From the IMG/VR virus record IMGVR_UViG_3300013126_000014, positions 53,788 to 117,787 of that record: a stretch of 64,000 nt of DNA; one strand, written 5' to 3'. The translations under genes and the position numbers were made by a program. The notes beneath the pieces were generated by a model that saw only the letters and a program-made list of their open reading frames with translations, ran no database searches and had not been told where the DNA came from. How positions within the stretch are numbered: the first letter of the stretch is position 1; the number at the start of each line of letters is the position of its first letter. Positions 21,001 to 29,878 of this stretch are shown here, piece after piece. The DNA is from a virus.

Positions 21001-24000
21001 CAACGATATTCTAACAGCAGGATATGTTAACATAGATGATGTCGACGCCACAATCTTTGATCTGTCAGAATTTTCAATGTTGAACGATAGATTAGACATA
21101 ATTGGCAATGGATATAGTATATGGGTGGCTAAAGATTACACTCAAGATTGGAATGTATATCGTGTCACTGAAACGGATAATGATGTAATCTTCTTAACTA
21201 ATGCATTAGATGGATACATCACATTTACAACCAATTTACCTCATGGACTTTTGGTCAATAGCATATTTATGGTTAGAAATTTTAACGCTGCGTTCGACGG
21301 TTTCTATCAGGTAAATTCAGTGGACGATCTGACTAGAGTAACAGTGTCATACGCTGGGGATACTTCTGAGTTGTCAGAATTAAATGGTCGCGGGACACTG
21401 TTTGTACTGGATAGTTTGCGATTCCAATTTATGGAAGAGGCACGAAAATATGTTCCTCCACATGGTTGGAAAGAAGGAGAGAAGATCTGGATTGACTTAG
21501 ATGCTCCGACTAGTTTTGTCCAAGGGCAACCATACGAAACAGGCAATAACCTGTGGAAAGTTTATGAAAAACGTATGCCATGGAATCTGAAACAGCAATT
21601 AACCAAAGGCGAAGAAGAATATGCTGCAAATGATGGGTTTGGCACTAGTGTAAAACTAAGCGCAGATGGGTTAATTGCTGTTACTGGTAATCCCCTTTCT
21701 GGTTCTACTGGTACAGTTAGCACGTTTGCTAAAAATTCAACTAATGAATTTATACAGACATTTACTATTGTTCCGGATACTGGGAATGTATCAGAGTTTG
21801 GAACTAGTATTGACCTATCTACTAATCGAATCGCAGTGGGCGCACCGGGCAGCAATAACGACAATGGTTACGTATATGTTTATAAAAAACTACAGGATGT
21901 AGCATCGTACGATCGATCACAAGTGATCGTGGGTAACTTATCTGCATCTGGTGATCGATTTGGCTTTAGTGTAAGTTTAGACGAATTTGGCGAATGGTTA
22001 TATGTTGGTGCTCCAGGAAATGACAAAGTATATATTTACGGATTGAATAAGAGTGTCACTGAGCGAGAACACGTAGAGTCTGTTAATAATTTAAATATCC
22101 TTTCGTTAAGCGCAAACATCACTGCAAATATTGGTGACCATATTACTCAACCTACTACAGGTGCTGATCTAATAGTTACGGCAAATGTGTCTAATGGAAG
22201 TAATGTAGAAGTAAGTGCATTAACTAATATTGTCACTGGGGTAAGTTCTGGCAACATCCAGATTGTAAATGTTAACATACACGGTGACCCTATAGCGATC
22301 ACCAATGTAGCAATTTATCCTACTGCTACATATACTTCGTCGACTCGAAATTCTATTAGTCTTTCATTCACCCCCGATGTTGCAGATGATGCAAATAGTC
22401 TACTAGTAACTAGCAGAGAGCGTACATACATACCAAATGTTGACTATACACTTAGTGGAACAACAGTAACATTTTCAGCTAATATAGAACAAAATGATAT
22501 TAGTATCAAGCAAGCACCATATTACTCATTGGTATCAACAGTACAGGGCGCCGCGGGTAGCGAATTTGGATATGTAGTTGACAGCAGTTATGACGGAGCA
22601 CAACTTGGGGTTGGTGCACCAAACGAAACAGTTAACGTAGGTATAAGAACTGATGGAATTAAAGTTGCTATACCAGTAGGCACGGCAACTGCGAATATTG
22701 TTAGTTATACTGAGTATGTTGGAGCAGGCGCAGTATTTATATACGATCGTGTAATTGAAGCATTTGAAAGCACAGGCAATCAAGATTATACTACAAACGG
22801 TACTATCGGAGCAGTGCATAAGGTTACAATTGATAACATTGAAATTCCATTTAGTGAGTACCAAACATCGTTCACTACCCCATCACTGGCAAATAACGTA
22901 GTTAGATTTATTACTCCACCAGACGTTGGTAAAGTTGTTTATATAGAAACTAACGAAATTAACCTACTAGAGAAATTAATAGGTATCGACAGCCTTGAGG
23001 GCGGCCTAGAAGCTATTCAGAGCGGCGCAAGATTTGGTACTAGCTTGACAATCTGTTCAAACAACTGTGCATTTTACATTGGCGCTCCGTATTACAACAA
23101 CGGCACAACATACAACACTGGCGCAGTTTGGAAATTCCATAGTAGAGGTCGGTTATATGGTACTAACACAGGCTACGCAATTAACCCAACATTTGCTCCA
23201 AACGATACAATCCGATTAGATAACTTTGAAGTTCGAGTTAATCTTGGATTAAGCGGAAACATATCAGTGACCACTGGTGATTTTATTACACAACCTAGTT
23301 CAGGCGCAAACGTTGCTGTCACTGAGGATACCTCTGGAAATTATATTAAAATTTCAGATTACGCCGACGCTAATGTATTTGTTGTTGGTTCTGGAAACAT
23401 CTACGTGAATGGTGCTGATGCTAATGTAACTGTACGATCAACAAGTTTAGATGAATTTGTTGAAGATATTAATTCAGCTGATTTACTAGGCATTACCGCA
23501 ACAAATGAAGGCGGTAAATTAAGAATTGACTCAGACAAAACTGTGGCCAAAAACTTGTTACGTATTCTATCTGGTAGAAACATATCAGCGAACCCACAAG
23601 GCGTATCAAATGTTTACTCGTCGGCTGAACTAGCGGTATTTGCGTTCATGCAGATTATTATCAATCCGTACAACTCAACTAACGAGTATTTTGGTAATAA
23701 AGTTATTTTGGCAAGAAACGCTTATATGTTGGTAATTGGTAGCGAGCGTGGTACCACTAAAAAATATACAACATTTGACGATGCAACTACTACATTGGAT
23801 AGCGATTCTACTGCGTTCTTTGACAGCATCAAAGGCAGCGGTAGTGTATACATTTATGAATTATACGATGATCCTCGAGACGAGGTTGAAAATCCAGGGC
23901 GATATGCTTTTGCACAGCAACTCAACCCAGGTGATCTAAATCCGGGCGATCGATTTGGAGCCGCAGTTGATATCGTAGGAGACACAATTATTGTAAGTAG

Positions 24001-27000
24001 TCCAGGCGACGATACTACATTGACTGATGCAGGAAGTGTATACATATTTGAAAATCCTACTAGAACCAGAGGTTGGAACTTAATAAGATATCAACAACCT
24101 AAAGTTGATACAGATAGTGTGAATCATATTTTCTTATACAATAAAAATGCTAATACCATTTTAACTAACTTAGAATTCATTGATCCAGCTAAAGGAAAAA
24201 TACCAGGGTTAGCAGAACAAGAAATTGACTATAAAACAGCTTACGACCCTGCCAAATACAATCGAGGATCCAATCCTCGAACAGCGGTTAATTCTGATCT
24301 GTACTGGGGCGCTGAACAATTAGGGCAAGTTTGGTGGGATTTAGATCGTGTTCGATATATTGACTACGAACAAGATTCGTTAACATATCGTTCTATTAAT
24401 TGGGGTAGATTGTTCCCAGATAGTACTATAGAAATTCTTGAGTGGGCCGAAAGTGATGTCTTACCTAGTCAATATGTTGATACATACCCAAATCGAGGCG
24501 TACCTAAATACCAAGACGATAGTGCATACGTTGAAGTGAGTTATGTTGATAGTTTAACTAATAACATTACAAGTAAGTATTATTTCTGGGTGGGCGGAAG
24601 AACTGATCTGGACACTGTGACTGCTCCAAATCGTCGATTACCGTTAACAGTAATTTCCTCATTGATAGAAAATCCTAAATCGGCTGGTGTTGCTTATGCT
24701 GCTATTGTGCAGAATAATGCTGTGATTTTATATAACGTAGGCTCATACCTAAGTGCCAGCGATACTATTTTACATCTTGACTACGAAGTTGTTAAAAATA
24801 ACAGTATAATTCACAGTGAATATGAACTGATACAGAAAGGTAATGCTTTAAGTTTTGTTCCGGCTAAAATATTAAACAAATTGATTGATAGTTTAAGCGG
24901 CATTGATGCCGCAGGCGCAGTGGTTCCGGACCCTAAATTAAGTGTAGCAGATAGATTGGGGGTCGGATTCCGCCCACGACAAAGTATGTTTGTTGATCGG
25001 TTAGCTGCTATGAACGATTTAGTTCAGTATGTTAACGGTATTTTAATTAAGAAACCAATTGCAAGACAATACGATTTAACAAAACTGAATTCTGCAGAGC
25101 CTATGCCCAACGCAAAACTTGGTGAATACGACCAACTAGTGGCCACAGAAGAGGCATTGGCTTATATTGATGTTACAAATCTACCTGTAGGCTACAAAAT
25201 ATTAATTGAGACGGATACTACTCAGGACAATTTATGGGTACTATACACCTTAAATCAAGATTTAGTGTGGGAAATTGCCCGAGTACAATCATATAAAACA
25301 AACCTGTATTGGGAATATGTCGACTGGTACGCAGAAGGATATGATAATACTATACAAGTGGACTATGCAGTTACTACTATTATTGATGCACTGAAATTGC
25401 AGGCAGAACCAGGCAGTGAAATTCTTGTTCGTGTTGAACTAGGCGAAACTGGCGGCTGGAATATCCTTGTTGTTAACGACCAAGGCGGATTTGATGTTGT
25501 GGGTATTCAAAACGGTACCATACAACTTAAATCAAATCTTGGGGACTTTGCTAACAATGAATTAGGATTCAGTAATCAAGGGTTTGATGTTAACCGATGG
25601 GATCAAAACCCAAACGTTGAGATTCGTTATATTATTCAAGCTCTTCACGAAGACATTTTTATTAATGAACTAGGCGCAGAAACTAATAAGCTGTTCTTTG
25701 TAATGGTTAACTACCTATTCGGCGAACAAAAATATGTAGATTGGATCTTTAAAACTAGTTTTATTAGCGTAACGCACAGTCTGAGAGAATTAAATCAATT
25801 CCCTAATTACATTAAAGACAATCAAACCTACTACCAAGATTATATCAATGAAGTTAAACCTTACTCGACTAAAATTCGAGAATATTTAGTTGGCTACAAC
25901 AGTTTAGACCTCTTTGAAGGTAGTGTAACTGATTTTGATCTGCCTCCATACTACGATACTGATACTAAAATATTTAGAAGTCCAAGCGGTGAGGAAGTAG
26001 TTAAAGATCAAGCACTATGGCAAACTGATGTATACAGCCAATGGTACCAAAATAGAAATAATACTGTAGTAAGTATATTAGTTGAAGATGGCGGTAGTGG
26101 TTACACAGATGAGCCAATTATAACTATTATTGGCGGCGGTAGTGGTGTAACTTCAGCAACCGCAAGAGCTGTAATTGATTTTGACACTGGAGCAGTAACC
26201 AACATCATTGTTACTAATCCGGGCAGCGGATACTTTGTAACTCCAACAGTGATAGTCAATGGATCAAGTACGGTTCCGGCACGTGCATATGCAGTGTTGC
26301 AAAATAACCAAGTTAGAAACATTAACACTACGTTAAAATTTGATCGTATTTCTTATACTAGCAGTGTAATAGATTGGTCTGCAAATACCTCCTTAACAGC
26401 AAACACTATAGTAAGCTATAATGGGGTAGGATATAGAGTTAATGCAAATATTACAACCGGTAGTAGCTTCAATCCTGACAATTACACAAGAGTAAATGCT
26501 AGCGAGTTTGACAATGCTAATGACCGTATCATGGCATATTATGCACCAAGTGACACAATGCCTGCTCGAGATCTAGGGCAACTACTAAAAGGCATAGATT
26601 ACCCTGGGGTACAGGTAACGGGATTAAATTTTGATCAACAACCTGGATATGATGGTGCTGGCGGCTTTGACAAAATATTATTTGACAATGTTCAATATGA
26701 CGAAGATGGTAACCCTATATTGGGCGACAGCACTGTAGATACATTAATCAGTAGTTTATATACTGATTCTACTCTAGGAACACGAGCAGAGGATATCAAT
26801 TTAGATGGCGGAGAATACGTAGATGCTTATTCAAGTCATGCCCCGGAAGAACTTATCCCAGGGATTGTTTTTGATACCTTAGATATTCAAGTGTATACTA
26901 AAGTTGATTCTAACGTGAATGTGTTAGGTTACAGAATATTCAATAATATGGTAAGAAATGAAAGCTTCTTGCGTATATCCAATGCGTTCTCAACATTGTT

Positions 27001-28012
27001 GGCGCAGGACTTATTGATCACAGATACTGAGATTAAAGTCATTGATGCATCCAAATGTCCAGAACCGAGTCCAGGAACTGCTACACCTGGGGTGGTATTT
27101 GTTGGGGCAGAACGCATTACATATTTTGTGAGAGATTTAACAACTAACACATTGAGCCAACTGCGACGTGGTACACAGGGTACTGGAACTCCGGCGGTGC
27201 ATGCCGAGTTTACTAAAGTGGTTGATGCTAGCCTAAATCAAGTAGTACCAAGTGTTACTAAAGGTAATGTTACATACACAACAACTACCTCAATTAATGC
27301 AACTAAATCTCCAAGTTTCAAACTGAAACTAACTGGCAATATTACGGCAAATGTTGGGGATGTGATTACTCAGGCAACTAGCGGTGCAAATGTTAGGGTA
27401 GTGGGTACTGATTGGGAAGATAGCGATACAATTTGGTATACTAGAAACTCAAACAACCCATTTGAATTTACAGATATTCAATTGCAGTTTAGCGCCAACT
27501 TGACAATATTTGCTGGAGACATCGTAACACAAGAATCTTCTTCTGCAAATTTAACTGTGATCACTACTGTATACGACACTGCTAATGTTATTCTGCGTTA
27601 CAACTCACTCGAAACACTTAATGTTAGTGGAGGCAATCTGTTAGTAAACGGTGTTGACTCTGGTTATACCGCTATTACAATATATGCCGATCCTGTAGCT
27701 ACAAGTAATTTAGCAGTCAACGGCATATATACAACTGACATTTATCCAGTTAGCAGAACTATTCTTGGATCGGTGAATCAAAACGGCAATGTAACTGTGG
27801 GCGCAAACGCTACTTTAGCGACAACAAGTATCTGGTACAATTTAGGTAATGGCACTACAACAAATACCGACGGAGCAGGATTTGATGGAGCAACCACTGA
27901 ACAAGTTGACTTCCTGAGGGAATACCCAGCAACCTATACCATTGGTATAGTCTCTGAAGATGCGGTAAATATATTATCTACTGAAGATGATGAAATAATT
28001 ATTGAGGAATAA
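15044..28012 (+). CDS. Giant (4322 aa) virion/baseplate structural protein with FG-GAP-like beta-propeller repeats
   Basis: Uninterrupted 13 kb ORF after the gp6-like gene. LKFLPEIFQT start, EVKPY near the C-terminus (gp7-like), FG..V....L.VGAP repeats and GGSGY repeats. Confidence 0.8.
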   Translation: MALRKTLKFLPEIFQTDANDKFLSATLDQLISEPELKTVNGYIGRKFAPTYKSKDSYVTENTSDRQNYQLEPSVVVRDEQSNITFFSSYIDLLNKIKYYGGITNNHSRLFNNEFYSFDPGVSYDKLINFTQYYWLPNGPDSVAVNTSGVATEETFTVTRNPTTETYTFTTSTGLVSDTLTLARGGTYYFVVNQPGVPFWIQIEPGVDGKLNATPTISNREVLGVTNNGTDEGTITFIVPQSDAQDRFLTMGTVFNVDYATPFYSLPYNNLHNKLRSQFLNAYPQYAGITGNLDGKHLVFVDQTLATNFGEEAWTAEEVLDLDLNPILGWGEGDVVPVNQRNGVWKIILVDVGVDNDPLIRLVPVQDIEVDEKVYVKYGLGNANREFYKESDGFLYRVPVISTVQDTLYFQDAVKTNMYGDLKIIEYAGWNIDVEQDILGKKTYTSPNGVKFTSGLKIEFGSDVTPTNYQNKQYYVEGVGDAIRLVDVTLLVTPELYNDELELNYPDQSFPDYVTINRSALDLNAWSRNNRWFHRDVITATARYNNTIPVFDQTLRAQRPIVQFEGDFQLYNYGRIGKRHIDVLDLTTTDAFNQLEGEIFDVALGTTLFDGMRILFAADNDPLVRNKIYVLNLVEYEEGTPGDPVLRIKLNIAEDGENLEWDSVVVLQGQYKGSHWWFDGTNWNESQQKTGLNQDPLFEVHTQTGVSLSTYPRSSFAGTKIFGYKRPTTGTEDSILGFALSYRNFGTQGDIEFQNYFDTDTFNYVIDQESYTPHINTGFLVKIIDRNTVAHRNMWKTVVEESKQYQILNYSYTNSNTFILDVIPNPNEASIPYLKVYVNNQRLNPSNWVFDSANNSVTVNVILSTDDRIDILVYSEQVSTRGNYEVPPNLDLNAQNVDIDSLTLGQLRNHLVSLSQNSKDLIGEVLAASNLRDLEVKSQGGNILQHSAGVPYASLFLLDDTANFVDAVRYTQREYAKFKNKFLELSASLTGIDPTNPAASVDLILTEMNKIKNSTFPWFYSDMVPYGPLKTIVADGYTVFDPTVRSYEITNVFNSQQLSNKAVLIYLNDVQLVIGNDYTFDTDRPAITFNDNLELAIDDVIKIVEYSNTDGNYIPETPTKLGLYPKFVPEIFLDDTYRDPINVIRGHDGSVTPAFDDYRDNFILELEKRIYNNIKLPETELPREIYNVIPGKFRDSDYTISEFNSILSGSFLSWIGNNRLDYSSNETFESNDPFTWNYSRFVDRIDGEPLPGSWRACFQYFYDTDSPHLRPWKMLGFSSKPDWWEGYYGPAPYTGGNTLLWDDLEVGRIVDGDRAGTDARFARPGLSQIIPVDENGGLISPAGILTKAFNSSNAATAWAVGNQGPVETAWRRSSDYPYAIQIAMALAKPAKYFGLFINAFNYSKNNDLDQYLTAENHHLVQSAININGDRSGGVVVRSAGYLNWIANYLTNMGVNPVEKISSMLTNFTVNLAYKMAGFTDQSYVQVLAEQSSPSSTNDSVVVPAENYKVHLYKSTPVDRINYSAVIVEKTTNGFTVRGYNLLNPYFTIIPSTVNSNATKIKVLDSEGVVYFDYKPIKLTVPYGYEFKNQQQVVDFLISYERFLIAQGFVFAEIDEALAEVRNFKLSVKEFLFWAQQGWTTGSVLVLSPAGENIRCNTSGAIVDGIQDDQYTTKVLDQNFKLVKNNNYNVMRSPTEFKLSLTNDQVVGFVDLNLVQYEHVLIFDNTTVFNDIIYKPELGNRQYRLKLIGQKTDNWDGSLYAPGFLYNSGEVDAWQSGKDYLKGDLVEFKDQFYVALNNISAADDFKFLDWKLADYGQVQKGLLSNFSSIAVKSQSYYDPYGYFNDADQVKYSHGLIGFKPRQYLDDLGVNETSQIEFYKGYIRQKGTPNAFDALTQAQFNNLASDINYFEEWAVRIGEYGAVDTNPYIEIPLDEKAFSVNPATAEFVYGTRRNEGDGVTIFNSSQLYRLTDQYNGNIALNRDNNSDYSNDILTAGYVNIDDVDATIFDLSEFSMLNDRLDIIGNGYSIWVAKDYTQDWNVYRVTETDNDVIFLTNALDGYITFTTNLPHGLLVNSIFMVRNFNAAFDGFYQVNSVDDLTRVTVSYAGDTSELSELNGRGTLFVLDSLRFQFMEEARKYVPPHGWKEGEKIWIDLDAPTSFVQGQPYETGNNLWKVYEKRMPWNLKQQLTKGEEEYAANDGFGTSVKLSADGLIAVTGNPLSGSTGTVSTFAKNSTNEFIQTFTIVPDTGNVSEFGTSIDLSTNRIAVGAPGSNNDNGYVYVYKKLQDVASYDRSQVIVGNLSASGDRFGFSVSLDEFGEWLYVGAPGNDKVYIYGLNKSVTEREHVESVNNLNILSLSANITANIGDHITQPTTGADLIVTANVSNGSNVEVSALTNIVTGVSSGNIQIVNVNIHGDPIAITNVAIYPTATYTSSTRNSISLSFTPDVADDANSLLVTSRERTYIPNVDYTLSGTTVTFSANIEQNDISIKQAPYYSLVSTVQGAAGSEFGYVVDSSYDGAQLGVGAPNETVNVGIRTDGIKVAIPVGTATANIVSYTEYVGAGAVFIYDRVIEAFESTGNQDYTTNGTIGAVHKVTIDNIEIPFSEYQTSFTTPSLANNVVRFITPPDVGKVVYIETNEINLLEKLIGIDSLEGGLEAIQSGARFGTSLTICSNNCAFYIGAPYYNNGTTYNTGAVWKFHSRGRLYGTNTGYAINPTFAPNDTIRLDNFEVRVNLGLSGNISVTTGDFITQPSSGANVAVTEDTSGNYIKISDYADANVFVVGSGNIYVNGADANVTVRSTSLDEFVEDINSADLLGITATNEGGKLRIDSDKTVAKNLLRILSGRNISANPQGVSNVYSSAELAVFAFMQIIINPYNSTNEYFGNKVILARNAYMLVIGSERGTTKKYTTFDDATTTLDSDSTAFFDSIKGSGSVYIYELYDDPRDEVENPGRYAFAQQLNPGDLNPGDRFGAAVDIVGDTIIVSSPGDDTTLTDAGSVYIFENPTRTRGWNLIRYQQPKVDTDSVNHIFLYNKNANTILTNLEFIDPAKGKIPGLAEQEIDYKTAYDPAKYNRGSNPRTAVNSDLYWGAEQLGQVWWDLDRVRYIDYEQDSLTYRSINWGRLFPDSTIEILEWAESDVLPSQYVDTYPNRGVPKYQDDSAYVEVSYVDSLTNNITSKYYFWVGGRTDLDTVTAPNRRLPLTVISSLIENPKSAGVAYAAIVQNNAVILYNVGSYLSASDTILHLDYEVVKNNSIIHSEYELIQKGNALSFVPAKILNKLIDSLSGIDAAGAVVPDPKLSVADRLGVGFRPRQSMFVDRLAAMNDLVQYVNGILIKKPIARQYDLTKLNSAEPMPNAKLGEYDQLVATEEALAYIDVTNLPVGYKILIETDTTQDNLWVLYTLNQDLVWEIARVQSYKTNLYWEYVDWYAEGYDNTIQVDYAVTTIIDALKLQAEPGSEILVRVELGETGGWNILVVNDQGGFDVVGIQNGTIQLKSNLGDFANNELGFSNQGFDVNRWDQNPNVEIRYIIQALHEDIFINELGAETNKLFFVMVNYLFGEQKYVDWIFKTSFISVTHSLRELNQFPNYIKDNQTYYQDYINEVKPYSTKIREYLVGYNSLDLFEGSVTDFDLPPYYDTDTKIFRSPSGEEVVKDQALWQTDVYSQWYQNRNNTVVSILVEDGGSGYTDEPIITIIGGGSGVTSATARAVIDFDTGAVTNIIVTNPGSGYFVTPTVIVNGSSTVPARAYAVLQNNQVRNINTTLKFDRISYTSSVIDWSANTSLTANTIVSYNGVGYRVNANITTGSSFNPDNYTRVNASEFDNANDRIMAYYAPSDTMPARDLGQLLKGIDYPGVQVTGLNFDQQPGYDGAGGFDKILFDNVQYDEDGNPILGDSTVDTLISSLYTDSTLGTRAEDINLDGGEYVDAYSSHAPEELIPGIVFDTLDIQVYTKVDSNVNVLGYRIFNNMVRNESFLRISNAFSTLLAQDLLITDTEIKVIDASKCPEPSPGTATPGVVFVGAERITYFVRDLTTNTLSQLRRGTQGTGTPAVHAEFTKVVDASLNQVVPSVTKGNVTYTTTTSINATKSPSFKLKLTGNITANVGDVITQATSGANVRVVGTDWEDSDTIWYTRNSNNPFEFTDIQLQFSANLTIFAGDIVTQESSSANLTVITTVYDTANVILRYNSLETLNVSGGNLLVNGVDSGYTAITIYADPVATSNLAVNGIYTTDIYPVSRTILGSVNQNGNVTVGANATLATTSIWYNLGNGTTTNTDGAGFDGATTEQVDFLREYPATYTIGIVSEDAVNILSTEDDEIIIEE
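27966..27971 (+). promoter_or_regulatory. TAAATA late-promoter motif inside the 3' end of the giant gene
   Basis: 43 nt before ATG 28015. Confidence 0.4.
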
Positions 28013-28014
28013 TA

Positions 28015-29091
28015 ATGACAATTAAAATTAGTCAACTGGGGAATGTTACAACGGTATTAGGCAATGTACTAATGCCTCTGGTAGCAAACGTTGCAGGAAC
28101 CCTTACTACTGTCAAAGGCAATGTTGATCAAGTTAAAACATACATTTTAGGTACTATAGAATCTGATTTGGCAAATTTAACAGCAAATGCAGGGTCACAG
28201 GCGGATAGTATTTCATCATTGACAGCTAACGCCGCAGTGCAGGCAGGATTAATTGCTGATCTATCAGCTAATGCTGCAGTGCAAGCAGGGCTACTATCGG
28301 GATTAGAAGCCAACGCAGCATCTCAATCAGGATTCATTGCTAATTTATCTAGCGGGACTGCAACATTTGGTAATTTAGTACCAAGCGCAAATGTAACATA
28401 TAGTTTAGGTAGCCCATCAGCCCAATGGAAAGATTTATATCTAAGTGGCAGTACCATTTACATTGGTGGCGCTGAAATTAGTATTAGTGGTGGTACAATT
28501 CAAACTACCTTACCAATATCTGCAGATATTACAGCAAACACGTTGACAGTAGCCGACACACAGCTTACATTCAGTCAAGGTAGTTACATAGATGAGACCG
28601 AAGTTGCAGGACAACCGGGAGTATATGGCCTAGCACTAAACAGCCCAGATGACGGTATTGTGGGAATGAACGCATTAGATTCCAATGCCACAGTAACTTC
28701 AAGTGTTATTGTGAGTAATGTAAGTGTACAGGTTAATGTACAAAATACTAGCGACACTGCAAACGTACACGTGTGGGCTTATTTAGAAGACGGGTCGTTA
28801 TTGTGGCCCGACCTTACAGTGCAGGCCACTGCATTTACAGCAGAGTATGTAACAGCTATTACTGATACAGAGGCAAATGTATCAGTATTGCAAGGAAATG
28901 TAGCAGCGCATGATGTTCGGCTTGGTAACCTTGAGGTCAATGGTGCAAACATTCTGGTTGACATTTCTACTTTACAAAGTAATGTAGAATTTACTATGTC
29001 AAATCTTACTCATTGGACTAGCAACGTAACTACTATCAATGATGCGTTAAACCAATTAGCTGAAAGAGTTTGGAATTTAGAAAATCCTTAA
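28015..29091 (+). CDS. Fibre-like virion protein with coiled-coil repeats
   Basis: IKISQL start, GNLVPSANVTYSLGSPSAQWKDLYLSGSTI motif common in phage fibres, A/N/T/V-rich composition. Confidence 0.7.
   Translation: MTIKISQLGNVTTVLGNVLMPLVANVAGTLTTVKGNVDQVKTYILGTIESDLANLTANAGSQADSISSLTANAAVQAGLIADLSANAAVQAGLLSGLEANAASQSGFIANLSSGTATFGNLVPSANVTYSLGSPSAQWKDLYLSGSTIYIGGAEISISGGTIQTTLPISADITANTLTVADTQLTFSQGSYIDETEVAGQPGVYGLALNSPDDGIVGMNALDSNATVTSSVIVSNVSVQVNVQNTSDTANVHVWAYLEDGSLLWPDLTVQATAFTAEYVTAITDTEANVSVLQGNVAAHDVRLGNLEVNGANILVDISTLQSNVEFTMSNLTHWTSNVTTINDALNQLAERVWNLENP
28168..28347 (+). repeat. About four degenerate 42-nt (14-aa) tandem repeats
   Basis: LANLTANAGSQADS / ISSLTANAAVQAGL / IADLSANAAVQAGL / LSGLEANAASQSGF. 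Confidence 0.8.
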
Positions 29092-29102
29092 AATAGCAGA
29101 TT

Positions 29103-29255
29103 ATGAACGAAATAAATAAGAATATAGATCAACAAACACAAACTCCAGAAGTACAGGAGAAACAGCCCGATGAGCGTGGCGGTATCTATGTGCAAGGGCA
29201 TGTTAAAATATTTGACCCAGAATCTGATGAAGTTTACGTAAATGGACGAGCATAA
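29103..29255 (+). CDS. 50-aa small protein similar to the N-terminus of the next gene
   Basis: Below the ORF-track cutoff. MNEINKNIDQQTQTPEVQEKQPDERGGIYVQGHVKIFDPESDEVYVNGRA fills the gap exactly, stopping 3 nt before the next ATG. Confidence 0.7.
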   Translation: MNEINKNIDQQTQTPEVQEKQPDERGGIYVQGHVKIFDPESDEVYVNGRA

Positions 29256-29258
29256 CAA

Positions 29259-29867
29259 ATGAATTTAATGAATTTAGACATTATAGGTATGGTAAAAATA
29301 TTTGATCCTGTTAGTGGTGAAATATTTGTTGATAAAAAGAATGCAATCCATTACGAAAATATGAGTGAGGCTATTGCATATAGTTTAGGAAATAAAGGAA
29401 CTAACTTTATTACAGAAATGCATTTTGGCAACGGCGGCACAACTGTTGACCCTACTGGTGTTATTACATACTTGCCTACCAATACTAATGTGCAAAATGC
29501 AGACTTGTATAGTCCGCAGTACTATAAAATAGTCGATGATACAAATGCTGCAAATAGCGATCCTCTCCGTAATAAGGTTGCTATTACCCATACTCCTGGT
29601 CAGATCTATTCAGACATCATTGTTAGTTGTCTATTGGACTATGGCGAACCTAATGGCCAAGCAGTTTTTGATAACAGTCAAGATTTAAATGGACAATTTG
29701 TATTTGATGAGATTGGGTTAAAAGGCTACAGTACAACAGGTGAGGGTCTAGGAAAATTATTAACTCATGTGATTTTTAGCCCTGTGCAAAAATCATTAAA
29801 CAGATTGATACAGATCGATTATACTGTGCGAATTCAAACATTAACTAATTTGAGTGCAATTACATAA
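29259..29867 (+). CDS. Virion structural protein (baseplate / tail-fibre attachment-like)
   Basis: LDYGEP, FVFDEIGL and LLTHVIFSPVQKSLNRLIQIDYTVRI resemble tail-fibre-anchor folds; context. Confidence 0.6.
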   Translation: MNLMNLDIIGMVKIFDPVSGEIFVDKKNAIHYENMSEAIAYSLGNKGTNFITEMHFGNGGTTVDPTGVITYLPTNTNVQNADLYSPQYYKIVDDTNAANSDPLRNKVAITHTPGQIYSDIIVSCLLDYGEPNGQAVFDNSQDLNGQFVFDEIGLKGYSTTGEGLGKLLTHVIFSPVQKSLNRLIQIDYTVRIQTLTNLSAIT

Positions 29868-29878
29868 TAGGATAAAAA

